This document shows, piece by piece, positions 1-9,781 of a DNA stretch of 64,000 bases (positions within the stretch are counted from its first letter, which is position 1; the number at the start of each line of letters is the position of its first letter). The stretch covers positions 701,527 through 765,526 of the forward strand of contig JBMOPW010000014.1 of the NCBI GenBank assembly GCA_049322915.1, given 5' to 3'. A program made the position numbers and the translations under genes. The notes beneath the pieces were generated by a model. It saw only the letters and a list, made by a program, of their open reading frames with translations. It did no database searches and had not been told where the DNA came from. The DNA is from Candidatus Zhuqueibacterota bacterium (GTDB lineage Bacteria > Zhuqueibacterota > Zhuqueibacteria > Thermofontimicrobiales > Thermofontimicrobiaceae).

Positions 1-45
1 ACACGGATTAAAATTTTGGCGCCTGTATTATTATTGGACATACGC

Positions 46-73
46 GTAGAGGACGGTCGCGACCGTCCACTAC
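46..73. repeat. REP-like palindrome (GTAG...CTAC type)
   Basis: gtagaggacggtcgcgaccgtccactac is a near-perfect inverted repeat. Confidence 0.7.
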
Positions 74-187
74 AGATAAAAAAAGTATAGAATTTATTGC
101 ACATGCCTTCACCTCGTCATTCATATTCATAGTGAAAATCAGAATTAATTGCCATTATTACAATACATTCTATAAAAAAAATATATA

Positions 188-384
188 GAAGCCGTTGAAA
201 CGGCTTCGGACATGTTTCATTCATGCAGTAAACACCTTGATGCATTGCCCAGTCTTCCATATTTTTTAAGGAGACAATACTGGGAATCATGGTGTTGATT
301 CAAAGGGGAGTTGAACTAACACCACAATTTATTGTGGTGTGTCAACAGAGGTGGGGACAACCAATGAACTGCTTCAGCAGTTTC
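188..384. repeat. Multi-hairpin REP-like element (relatives at 11097-11159 and inside 12307-12514)
   Basis: Hairpins aagccgttgaaacggctt, caccacaatttattgtggtg and aactgcttcagcagtt; a similar series recurs at 12327-12483 and partly at 11097-11159. Confidence 0.6.
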
Positions 385-717
385 AATTTTCACGATGCTT
401 ATACAATATAGTAACTTTTCGGAATCACATCCCTCTCTGTTCAATTCGTTAGCTCATTGCTCGTTTATTTTGTAGCCACGTAGCAAGGTTCGAATTGAGT
501 CATCGTTAGAAATTCTTAATTGTGCGGATGTATCTGAAGGAGTCTGGAGCTGTGGAAACATGGCTGGTTATTACGGGAACAGTGGCTGTCCGAAAAAAAC
601 ATCACGTTTTAAAGAAAAATGAGGAAAAGAAAATATTTAATCTCTGCAATATAATTGCCACCCTTATTTGCTGTCTGTTAATTTATCTTTAAAATAGTTA
701 AGATGTTGCAATAAACA

Positions 718-746
718 TTGACTTTTACAGAAAATATGGTTATTTT
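718..746 (+). promoter_or_regulatory. Putative sigma70-type promoter for the 853 gene
   Basis: ttgact-N17-tatttt. Confidence 0.35.
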
Positions 747-852
747 CGGCCATTCATTTCGTTCGGGATCCAGTGCAAAGTAAAAAAAATCATGTGTTAG
801 AGCCACAATAATTAATTCAGGTGCGGTTTAATTAGCAATAGGGATATGAAAG

Positions 853-1203
853 ATGAAAGAGACAAGTGAAAGTTTTCCGAGGAATACCTTGAGACAGGCT
901 GAATTAGCATTAGAAGGCTGGAAAGAACTGTACGAACGGCTCAATGTACCCAACCTATCGCTCGATGATTTTGCCGAGAAAATATCATTCGCAACCGATA
1001 AGGTGGACCTTGCTGAAAGGTTGAAGGAAGAAAGAAGCAAGGCGGTCCAGGTCCGAAACGATAGTCTTAAGGAAGTGTGGGATTTGACCAAAAGAATTCG
1101 CAATGCTGCCAAAGCGACGTTTGGAGATAATTCAAACGAAATTGAAAAATTTGGGGGCAAATCGTCCCGTCAACGCAACAAGGGCGAGAGGGATTTTGAC
1201 TGA
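853..1203 (+). CDS. Hypothetical all-helical protein (116 aa)
   Basis: Charged helical ORF with a C-terminal FGDNSNEIEKFGG motif; flanked by a promoter-like site and a terminator. Confidence 0.75.
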   Translation: MKETSESFPRNTLRQAELALEGWKELYERLNVPNLSLDDFAEKISFATDKVDLAERLKEERSKAVQVRNDSLKEVWDLTKRIRNAAKATFGDNSNEIEKFGGKSSRQRNKGERDFD

Positions 1204-1329
1204 TCGCCGGTTATGTGTTCCATCAGATGTGGATTATTCATGAAATAGAATGTATTCCATGTGCTGCTCATTGCATCCCCTGAATAGCCAACCGAAGGAT
1301 TTTGAATTTTAAATATGCGACAGATCGGG

Positions 1330-1360
1330 AAAAAGCTCAAATTCAATATTTGAGCTTTTT
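1330..1360. terminator. Intrinsic (probably bidirectional) terminator
   Basis: aaaaagctcaaat-tcaat-atttgagcttttt. Confidence 0.65.
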
Positions 1361-1485
1361 ACTAATTGAACAACCACGGTTTTCATGTTCCGAAAATTGA
1401 GGGATCATTGTGCTGACAATTATTCAGGCATATCTACTTGTCTCGAAGTTACAAAAAGGGCTCTATTCTAAATTGTGTGGGTAAT

Positions 1486-1540
1486 TGTAAATTTCAAGTG
1501 AAAAGTGTACCATTGTATTAATTGAAAAGTATACCAGTGG
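1486..1540. mobile_element. IS21-like terminal sequence remnant, no transposase
   Basis: Starts with TGT and has an internal repeat tgaaaagtgtacca / tgaaaagtatacca, as in IS21-family ends. Confidence 0.4.
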
Positions 1541-2128
1541 ATTAACAATGTGCCCAATACTCACTGTATTGGATACGGCCCCTGTCCGAAGGAAACGGGA
1601 TGGCAAATGTCGGAATGAAGCAGCGAACGGTTATTAATATCCTTTCATAATTAAGAAAAATAAGTATCTAACTGAATGTAAAACAAAGATAAAAAAAAAT
1701 ATTAACTGTAATACGATGAAAATATGAGTTCTATCACATACTATTTATACCAGTATCATTAACTTTCAAACGAATAAAACATTGCGATATAATGTCGGAT
1801 GCCAGAGTGTAACGCTATTAAAATTAACGCATTAAAATTTATTAAGAATACGTCACAAGGATTGATTTTTAATTTAAAACTTATATATTGTAATCTGATG
1901 TTTGAGTAATAAAAGCATTTTGCGGTTGATGAAGACGTGCGTGAGTCTATCATTATTTGGCCTGAACAAGGCCAATGCCAAACGATCCTGTGCTCACACT
2001 TCAACTAACGAGCTCACCTGATTTTATTGACGTTTACAAACGACGTTGCTGATTAAAAAAAATGAATCATCCATTCAGGATGTCATGAAACGCCGGCGGA
2101 GTTTCGGTATGTTCTATCCGCTGATGGT

Positions 2129-2233
2129 TAACCTTACTACGTCACATAGATTTATTATCGTTATATGCTGTTTTTTGGATAGATGATAAATTCAGCATAT
2201 TGTGATAAATTTGCTAAATGACATTGTAGGGTT
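2129..2233. mobile_element. About 106-bp MITE, copy 1 (others at 10771-10876 and 50157-50469)
   Basis: TIRs taaccttactacgtca / tgacattgtagggtt; the interior matches the reverse complement of 10771-10876. Confidence 0.75.
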
Positions 2234-2271
2234 CATTGAAATGATGACATGAAAGTCAACATTATTACTTT

Positions 2272-2434
2272 CCTAGCGCGCTAAATCGCAAGTGAAACGT
2301 CAGACGAGAGAAGTGAGATGTAAAACATTATTCGTTTGACATTTCACTTCTCACGTTTCACTATGTGTTAGAAGGGATTCCTGTGTTATATTAAAATATT
2401 TTGCACAAAAATGCAAAAGTTATGTTGTAATACT
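2272..2434 (+). mobile_element. Asymmetric-ended element carrying inverted 7-mer tracts
   Basis: Left end cctagcgcgctaaatcgcaa and right end aaaatattttgcacaaaaatgcaaaagttatgttgtaatact match the ends of 49878-50073. Confidence 0.55.
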
Positions 2435-2435
2435 T

Positions 2436-2908
2436 TAGGTAGCTTGAAGTGGATTGGCTATGTGATGCCAGCGGTATATTCGACACTCGGCAGTTCCAAT
2501 GGAAAGCGTCTGGATATTATGACAAGAATCCATAGAGTAATCGGCTCAGAGTTCAGAATATGAGCACCAGCCATTGTTATAATAATGAGTCTATTGTTTC
2601 ATCTTACATGGGCTCAATTCCTAAAGCAGACGAGGCTTCATGTTAAAAGGCTTGTAATAAAGTCCGTCAATGGCTGAAGAAATTCTGGCAGTAACAATAT
2701 GTTTAGAGAAACACTGCGATGCTTAAAGCCATCGCACCACGAATTGTGAGCTAAATTTCTCAGATTCAACCTGGGAATTTAGGTGGTGTTTAAAATTCGA
2801 AGCTGCTTCTGTGGAATTCGCTGCAATTCCAGAGGAGTCGCAATAGCCCCGTGTCAGTTTTGGTTCGTGTGACTGACGGGGCGGAGCTATGCCCGGGAAC
2901 AAAATAGA
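2436..2908 (+). promoter_or_regulatory. Long structured 5' leader of upxY with ops/JUMPStart-like motifs
   Basis: At least 8 stems found by eye; ggtagc at 2438, gccagcggta at 2467 and ggggcggagctatg at 2878. Confidence 0.55.
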
Positions 2909-3445
2909 ATGAGTCATGAATATTCCAAATCGATCTTTGGCGAGTTAAACGTTGAGCCGAATTGGTATGCCGTTACGACAAAACCGAGGCATGAAAAAAA
3001 AGTATTCCAATTACTCACAATAAAAGGAATAGAAAGCTATCTGCCATTACAAAAACTATCGCGAAAATGGAGCGACCGCTATAAAGTAATCGAACAGCCC
3101 TTATTCAGTTGCTATGTTTTTGTACGAATCGCCTTGAAAGACAGGCTTCCGGTTTTACAGACAGATGGGGTGGTGAAGCTGGTGACATTTAACAACATTC
3201 CGGCGACCATTCCTGATTCGCAAATTCAGGCTGTGAGACTCGTACTGGAAAAATGTCACACGATCGAGCACATTGATTTTCTCACCCCTGGCCAGAGAAT
3301 TGAGGTCGTTCAAGGGCCGCTCAAGGGGATCTCAGGATTGTGCGTCGAAATTAAAAACAGCCACCGACTTGTGGTCCGATTGGAAAGCATACAGCAAGCG
3401 ATCTCCGTGGATATTGATCTGAGGGACATTAAAATTCTGGAATGA
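2909..3445 (+). CDS. upxY: UpxY/RfaH-family transcription antiterminator (NusG paralogue)
   Basis: NGN domain (WYAVTTKPRHEKKV...PLFSCYVFV) plus KOW motif (GQRIEVVQGPLKG); heads a polysaccharide locus. Confidence 0.92.
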   Translation: MSHEYSKSIFGELNVEPNWYAVTTKPRHEKKVFQLLTIKGIESYLPLQKLSRKWSDRYKVIEQPLFSCYVFVRIALKDRLPVLQTDGVVKLVTFNNIPATIPDSQIQAVRLVLEKCHTIEHIDFLTPGQRIEVVQGPLKGISGLCVEIKNSHRLVVRLESIQQAISVDIDLRDIKILE

Positions 3446-3446
3446 G

Positions 3447-3600
3447 AAATGCCAGATAGCAGAAATCAGATACCAGATAACTGATACCGGATGCCAGATA
3501 ACAGATGCCAGATAACAGATAACAGATACCAGATACCAGATAACAGATACCGGATGCCAGATAACGGATACCGGATGCCAGATAACGGATACCGGATGTC
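3447..3600. repeat. Degenerate 7-nt tandem repeat (ccagata/acagata/ccggatg) with a 21-nt super-period
   Basis: Visible directly; starts immediately after the upxY stop. Confidence 0.9.
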
Positions 3601-3678
3601 TCATGTGCCTTTGATTTGAGGAAGATGAATATCACGAATCTTAAATAAGGAGTTTGAGATTTATTATAAACTCACCTA

Positions 3679-3856
3679 ACCTGGACAAGCCAAAACCAAA
3701 AAAGAAATGGAACGCTGATTACGCGGATGATCCTCCTAAAAGCTTGGCGGACGTTCCGCGCTGATCTTCACGGATTCTTAATCAGTATTAATCTGTGTTA
3801 TCAGTGTCCCATAAAATTTTCTGCCAAAAAATGCAAGAATATTATTTGTAAGTTAT
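3679..3856 (+). mobile_element. Asymmetric-ended element carrying inverted 9-mer tracts, inserted in the ACTCACCTAA site
   Basis: Left end acctggacaagcc; right end aaaattttctgccaaaaaatgcaagaatattatttgtaag; splits ctcacctaa / aatcctctcttgaaaa. Confidence 0.55.
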
Positions 3857-3984
3857 TAAATCCTCTCTTGAAAATGGAGGACTTAAAAATGAGTCTGCGG
3901 TAAGAAGCCTGCACAGGTATTGATGGGATGGTTCGACTATTTTTCCACGCCATGAATGACGTGGCTATTCATTTAAATATATTA

Positions 3985-4054
3985 GCCCTTTTGAATAGCC
4001 CCGACTTTTAAGTCGGGGATCAGAGAAATCCATTAAATTTTGGGCTTTAGCCCC
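3985..4054 (-). repeat. REP-like CCCCGACTT..AAGTCGGGG element (other copies near 5860, 9879, 45376, 47891, 48142)
   Basis: Palindrome with conserved flanks ggggctgaagcccaaaa and ctattcaa; this copy is inverted relative to the 9879, 45376, 47891 and 48142 copies. Confidence 0.8.
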
Positions 4055-4141
4055 ATAGGGAGTAGTTCTAAAATCGAGACAAAAGAGGCAGTCAGAAATT
4101 TAAAGCAATACCACATATTTTATTTTTTCATTAATAAGACA

Positions 4142-4369
4142 AAATTGGTGTTGAGATTTTTTATAAACTCACCTAACCTGAATTATTCATGAACTTGCTC
4201 AGAATTTGAGTCAACATTTAGATTTTCAATTAGCTAAAAGCTGAGCTATTTTAAAACTCAGTTTTTGTACGTTTATACTTAAAAGAGCACCATTCAGGTT
4301 AGCCAGCCTCCTTTCAAAATACTATGAATAATGCAGGCTGAATCCTCTCTTGAAAAGAGAGGACTAAAA
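4142..4369 (+). repeat. About 228-bp direct repeat, copy 1; contains a 161-bp IS1380-like MITE (4177-4337)
   Basis: Near-identical to 9554-9781; MITE TIRs cctgaattattcat / atgaataatgcagg. Confidence 0.9.
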
Positions 4370-4603
4370 ACGAAATCTGGTGACCAATCTATTGGTAATT
4401 TTATTTTCCACCAAGAACGAAAATCAATTTTCAACATGGAAATTCGAACTACCAAAATCGAACTAGGAGCATCGAATCACCAATAACCAAATCACATACA
4501 CCAACGACCAATTCACCAAATATTACTTGCTTTTTAATACGGTTGTAGTTATGTTCCGTGAAACGATTCTAATAATAACGATCCTGAAACATAATAATAA
4601 TGT

Positions 4604-5305
4604 GTGCTTATGCTTAAAACTCCGAAAATTACAGCGCCGAAATCATTGAGTTCTCTTGCTACTGCATGCCTGAAAGCCTTGCAAGATTCAGGGTTTGGGA
4701 AGTATATTACTTTAGGGAGAGCAGTTGGATTAGCACATTATTATGATTACAGAACGACAAAGGATGTTGATGCATGGTGGACAGTTGACGCCACAGAAAA
4801 GATTAAGAGTCAAGTTATTAATTTACTAAAAACAACGCTGGAAGATTTTGGTGAAATTTCAGTCAGAAGGTTTGGCGACGTGATAAGCGTAGATGTGAAA
4901 GAAAATAAACAGGTAATATTTAATTTTCAGATTGCATCGCGTAGCGCCTTGTTGAAATCACCTGTGGAAAGTCCGTGGCATCCAATTCAACTGGATTCGA
5001 TTGATGATTTGATTGCCAGCAAGATGACGGCTCTCATCGAGAGAGGCGCGCCAAGAGATTTCCTTGATATTTATGAATCATGCAAGCAAAAACTGGTTAC
5101 AGTTCAAGATTGTTGGGAGCTCTGGCAAAAACGAGAGCGATTGAGGGGGATTGAAAATATGGATGTAAAAATCGGCTGCGAAGCGTTGTTGTTGCATTTG
5201 AAACGAATTGAGAAAATCAGACCACTCGAGAGTATCGAAAATTTGGAGCAACGAGAAAACGCTGAAACAGTGAGAAAGTGGTTTAAGAATGAATTCTGCA
5301 AATGA
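4604..5305 (+). CDS. AbiEii/AbiGii-family nucleotidyltransferase (toxin-like)
   Basis: LGRAVGL...YRTTKDVD and SKMTALIERGAPRDFLDIY motifs. Confidence 0.85.
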   Translation: MLMLKTPKITAPKSLSSLATACLKALQDSGFGKYITLGRAVGLAHYYDYRTTKDVDAWWTVDATEKIKSQVINLLKTTLEDFGEISVRRFGDVISVDVKENKQVIFNFQIASRSALLKSPVESPWHPIQLDSIDDLIASKMTALIERGAPRDFLDIYESCKQKLVTVQDCWELWQKRERLRGIENMDVKIGCEALLLHLKRIEKIRPLESIENLEQRENAETVRKWFKNEFCK

Positions 5306-5612
5306 TAATTCGATCTGGATTGACGGAAGTCTTTTTCCTGATTGCGAAGCGCCAGGAGCATTGACCACGTTGAATGAACGCATTGATTTTATTTCCCGAT
5401 TATGCAGCGCGTGGGATTTCGGTGTATTGCCGCTTCCGGAAACATTGGCAGAAGTCCGGAAAAGCGAATGGATGGAAGCGGTTGAAGAAACCAATCTGTT
5501 AACTTCATGCGCATATCATTTGCTCAGGGATTTTCATGGTTTAGAACCACTGCCATATTTAGGCCCTAAACCTAATGACATTTTGAATGATCCGTGTTTA
5601 GAGTTTATTTAA
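5289..5612 (+). CDS. Small acidic hypothetical protein, probable partner of the upstream nucleotidyltransferase
   Basis: 107-aa ORF overlapping the upstream stop by 17 nt. Confidence 0.7.
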   Translation: MNSANDNSIWIDGSLFPDCEAPGALTTLNERIDFISRLCSAWDFGVLPLPETLAEVRKSEWMEAVEETNLLTSCAYHLLRDFHGLEPLPYLGPKPNDILNDPCLEFI

Positions 5613-6009
5613 TTGGGCCGATTCTGATAAGCTACGACTAGTAAGTCGTATAAGAAAAATCATAATAGGTTAATCTAAAATAAGCAGTCAGCCTGCAGCT
5701 ATCAGCACTCAGCAAAAGAAATATAAGTACATTGATTGCATGTATGAAATCACCCAAAAGGCGAAAAAGTTTATCAAGCTAAGCTGATGACTGAAAGCTG
5801 ACAGTTCTAAATCCGCCATTTTTTAGGCGGGCTAATCGCTCAATTCAGGTGTAAATATTCCCGACTTTAAAATCGAGGGAAAAATTACTGTTCGCCATTC
5901 ACCAATAACAAATTCATCAATTTAACACTCACCTATACATAAAAATGGTGAACATGTTTACTACCAATATTTCGCCATTATGTGGATTTGAAAATCGTCA
6001 ATCACCAAC

Positions 6010-6086
6010 AAATCCCGTAGGGATGGGATATGGGTAGAAAAAAGTAATCCCCCTGAAAGATAAAACCCCGTCAGGGGTGACATATT
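6010..6086 (+). repeat. REP doublet (atcccgtagggat...accccgtcaggggtgaca), copy 1
   Basis: Recurs at 7931-8004 and, inverted, at 36147-36217. Confidence 0.85.
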
Positions 6087-6308
6087 CTTTAAAACATAAC
6101 GCGCTGAAGCGCACGTGAAACGTAAGACGTGAGACGACTTTTCAGCCCATGATAAAAATGCGAACATCCCGAAACCCGATTCCCGAATCACCAACTCATA
6201 CGGAACTTTTTCAGTAAAATACAATATAAAAGATACAACGAAAAATTATGTAATAACCCGATTAAATGATAAGTCTGGTTTTAAATATATCGCTTAAATA
6301 TTAAAACA

Positions 6309-7568
6309 ATGCATATTCAACGACAAATTTTGCTTAAAATTTTGTCTCATTTGTCTGCCAAAGAAATGACGTTGATCACCGGCGCGCGCCAGGTGGGTAA
6401 AACAACGGTGATGAAGGAAGTCAAAGATATTTTAGATAAACAGGGCAATCAAACACTGTTTTTCAATCTCGACTTTGAAACCGATTTCAGCTATGTCGAA
6501 TCCCAGGGTAAATTCTTGCAAAAAGTTAAATTGGAATTCGGTGACAAGCCGGGATTTATTTTCATCGACGAAATCCAGCGAAAAGAAAATAGCGGCTTGT
6601 TTCTAAAAGGATTATTCGACAGGAATCTGCCTTACAGATTTATCGTGTCCGGGTCCGGCAGCATGGAATTAAAAGAAAAAATTCATGAATCCCTCACCGG
6701 CAGAAAACGAACGTTCGAATTATCGACCATTTCTTTCCGGGAATTTGTCAATTTCAGAACTGACTATCGCTACGAAAACAATCTCAATGATTTTTTTGAT
6801 GTGGAAAAAGAGCGAACAGAACTCCTTCTGAACGAATATTTGGCGTGCGGCGGCTACCCGCGTCTTGTTGTTGAATCCACAAAACAGGAAAAGAGCCAAT
6901 TAATCAATGAAATTTACACCAGCTACTTAAAACGAGACGTGGCCTATCTGCTGAATATTGATCGTCCTGAATTATTTACCCGGCTGATTCAATTACTCGC
7001 CCATGCCACAGGATCAATCCTGAATTACAGCACGTTAGCGTCCGATGTTGGCGTTTCCGTTCCAACATTAAAAAAATACTTCTGGTATGCAGAGAACACA
7101 TTCATTATAAAAATCATCACTCCATATTTTAAAAATAAACGCAAGGAAATTAAAAAATCGCCCGTCGTGTATTTTAACGACCTTGGCTTGAGAAATTTTG
7201 CCCTGAATCAATTTGGCAAAGAACATCTAATCGAGGGCGCCGGGCTGCTCTTCCAGAATTTTGTGTTTAATATCATTCAGGAATTAAATCAATACGCGTT
7301 TGCAGAAATCAATTTTTGGCGAACAACGGATCAGGCAGAGGTCGATTTTATCATTCATTCAGGCGATGAAATTGTTCCGGTCGAAACAAAATGTTCCCGC
7401 CTGAAAAATGACCGAGTAAGCCGATCGTTCAGGAATTTCATTGAGGCCTATGAACCCAAAAATGCATATATTGTCAATTTAGACTATACATCAGAAATGA
7501 AAATTAACAACACCACTGTAAAATTTTTACCCTACTATAAATTATACCAGGAAAAAATACTAGAGTGA
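6309..7568 (+). CDS. AAA+ ATPase with DUF4143-type/PD-(D/E)xK-like C-terminus
   Basis: Walker A GARQVGKT, Walker B FIDEIQ, SGSGS, GGYP, C-terminal EVDFI...PVETK. Confidence 0.9.
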   Translation: MHIQRQILLKILSHLSAKEMTLITGARQVGKTTVMKEVKDILDKQGNQTLFFNLDFETDFSYVESQGKFLQKVKLEFGDKPGFIFIDEIQRKENSGLFLKGLFDRNLPYRFIVSGSGSMELKEKIHESLTGRKRTFELSTISFREFVNFRTDYRYENNLNDFFDVEKERTELLLNEYLACGGYPRLVVESTKQEKSQLINEIYTSYLKRDVAYLLNIDRPELFTRLIQLLAHATGSILNYSTLASDVGVSVPTLKKYFWYAENTFIIKIITPYFKNKRKEIKKSPVVYFNDLGLRNFALNQFGKEHLIEGAGLLFQNFVFNIIQELNQYAFAEINFWRTTDQAEVDFIIHSGDEIVPVETKCSRLKNDRVSRSFRNFIEAYEPKNAYIVNLDYTSEMKINNTTVKFLPYYKLYQEKILE

Positions 7569-7774
7569 AAGAGTCGATTTAGTCATAACCTCACCTAACC
7601 TGGATGAACCAGAAATTCCAAAACACAAAAATCAAATCTTCATAAGGCAGAGCCTTTAAATAAATTGATCCGCCGAAGGAGGATAACAAATAAAATCCAA
7701 ACTTTAAAAAGACAAATTCAAAACAATATTATTTTAATATCTTCACTGGATCTATTTCAGCCTGTGGTAAAAAT

Positions 7775-8390
7775 TCGAAAATCCCGAATCCCGAACATCG
7801 AATTACTAATCACCAACATCAAATATCCAATATCTAAAATCTAATATCCAACATCGAATATCGAAAATGAAAAATCGAATCACCATAACCAATCACCAGT
7901 TTACCAATACCCAGTCACCAATTCACCACCAAATCCCGTAGGGATGGGATATGGGTAGAAAAATTAGCCTCTGGATGAGAAAACCCCGTCAGGGGTGACA
8001 TATTATTTAAAACACAAATTCCAAAATTACAGGTCACCAAATATCAAAAATTGCAGGATGGAACAGGGTTTGAAATTTATTATAAACTCACCCTAAAAAC
8101 GAAATACAAAAAACAATCTAACGGTAATTTTTCATTTCAGTAGTTTTTCTCATCCAACATCCAATAACAAGTATCGAACATCCAGTATCTAATATCCAAA
8201 ATCGAAAATCCCGAAACCCGAACACCAAATCACGAATCACAAATATCCAATTTCTAATATCTAATAACGAAACACTAATAACCAATCACCAATCAACAAT
8301 TCACAAATTCACCAATCACCAACATCCAACATCCAATATCGAATATCCAAAATCGAAAATCCCGAATCACCAATATCGAGTAACGAACAT
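7775..8390. repeat. Degenerate C/A-rich 7-nt tandem tracts with an embedded REP doublet (7931-8004)
   Basis: Iterations of tccaata/tctaata/accaatc/ccgaaac at 7775-7930 and 8150-8390. Confidence 0.8.
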
Positions 8391-8497
8391 TAAAAATAAA
8401 TCTTGATTGTTAAAATATATTTGATAAATTATTATTGAATTTACAAGATGTAATGATATGTTTTCCCGGTTCATTTAAATATTGTGGTGTAAAATTA

Positions 8498-8788
8498 ATG
8501 TCTGAAAAAAATAGCGTAAATAATGACCAATTAAAGGAGTTCATCAATCGGCACAGTTTGCTTTGGTGGTGGGTGCCTGATGAGAAGAAAGAAAATTTAA
8601 GTTTGAAATCGGTAGTCGAAGCAATTCTGAATTATGGAAGTCTGTCAGACATTAAAGAATTATTCGAACTTGTTGGTTTAAAGACAGTTGCTGACGTTTT
8701 TTATGAGGCAACCAATAACCGCCAGCGTTCCAATTATTCTCCTGAAATTGAAAACTTTTTTAAACTGTACTTTGAACGTCATGCATGA
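8498..8788 (+). CDS. Putative antitoxin (DUF6922-like)
   Basis: LWWW...VVEAILNYGSLSDIKELFELVG motif; overlaps the downstream nucleotidyltransferase start; ATG 8498 preferred to TTG 8435. Confidence 0.7.
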   Translation: MSEKNSVNNDQLKEFINRHSLLWWWVPDEKKENLSLKSVVEAILNYGSLSDIKELFELVGLKTVADVFYEATNNRQRSNYSPEIENFFKLYFERHA

Positions 8789-9398
8789 AGAAATTTTGAC
8801 AAACAGGCAAGTAGAATTGATTCCATTAATTCGTCTCTTCAATCGGTCTTTTTACCTGGTTGGCGGCACCGCAATCGCACTTTATCTTGGACACAGACAC
8901 TCAATCGATTTCGATTTATTTAATCCCAAAACATTGAATAGAAAGAATATTTATAATAAGATTATCGAAAACAATTTTCATATCGATAATACGCTGGTAG
9001 CGACGAATGAAGAATATACCTTAATTACCAACAGGGTAAAGATAACGTTTTATAATTTTCCCTTTGACATTCCGCATAAAATTAAATTTAAAAATATTAT
9101 AAGTATGCCGACATTACTGGACCTGGCTGCCATGAAAGCATACGCGCTGGGAAGAAGAGCGAAATGGAAAGACTATGTGGATCTTTATTTTATTCTACAG
9201 TATCATTACTCCCTGAATGAACTCTGCAAAAGAGCAGCAGAATTATTCGGTGATCTTTTTAGCGAAAAGTTGTTTCGGGCGCAATTATCATTTTTTGCTG
9301 ATATAGATTATTCAGAACCGGTGAGCTATGTTTCAGATTCAATTGATGAAAACGAAATCAAAGAGTTTTTAAAAGAAATAACAACCCGACCGTTGTAA
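8781..9398 (+). CDS. AbiEii/AbiGii-family nucleotidyltransferase toxin
   Basis: FYLVGGTAIALYLGHRHSIDFDLF and MKAYALGRRAKWKDYVDLY. Confidence 0.9.
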   Translation: MHEEILTNRQVELIPLIRLFNRSFYLVGGTAIALYLGHRHSIDFDLFNPKTLNRKNIYNKIIENNFHIDNTLVATNEEYTLITNRVKITFYNFPFDIPHKIKFKNIISMPTLLDLAAMKAYALGRRAKWKDYVDLYFILQYHYSLNELCKRAAELFGDLFSEKLFRAQLSFFADIDYSEPVSYVSDSIDENEIKEFLKEITTRPL

Positions 9399-9553
9399 AT
9401 TTCTCCAAACGTTCTGGAAATCTTTCCTGAATGCTGAAGCCAAATATACTGAAAATACCAAAGATCAACAGCCAGAAATCAAACAAGCCACAAAATCCAA
9501 CAATGAATCACCTTTAATCCTTGTTTTCCTAACGATAAAAAAATTGTAGGATT

Positions 9554-9781
9554 AAATTGGTGTTGGGATTTTTTATAAACTCACCTAATCTGAATTATTC
9601 ATGAACTTGCTCAGAATTTGAGTCAACATTCAGATTTTCAATTAGCTAAAAGCTGAGCTATTTTAAAACTCAGTTTTTGTACGTTTATTCTAAAAAGAGC
9701 ACCATTCAGGTTAGCCAGCCTCCTTTAAAAATACTATGAATAATGCAGGCTGAATCCTCTCTTGAAAAGAGAGGACTTAAA
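9554..9781 (+). repeat. About 228-bp direct repeat, copy 2 (MITE at 9589-9749); continues to about 9865 as a match to 3858-3970
   Basis: Visual alignment with 4142-4369 and 3858-3970. Confidence 0.9.

Noticed and set aside
1759..2060. Possible integron attC/attI (caactaac...) with an 81-aa minus-strand ORF
   Set aside because: No matching inverse core or L-box pair, no integrase, and no recognisable motif in the ORF
2723..2917. 64-aa minus-strand ORF in the upxY leader
   Set aside because: Antisense to a structured leader; no coding signal
3332..3635. Minus-strand repetitive ORFs (WHPVSVI / YLASGIR)
   Set aside because: Translation artefacts of the 7/21-nt tract
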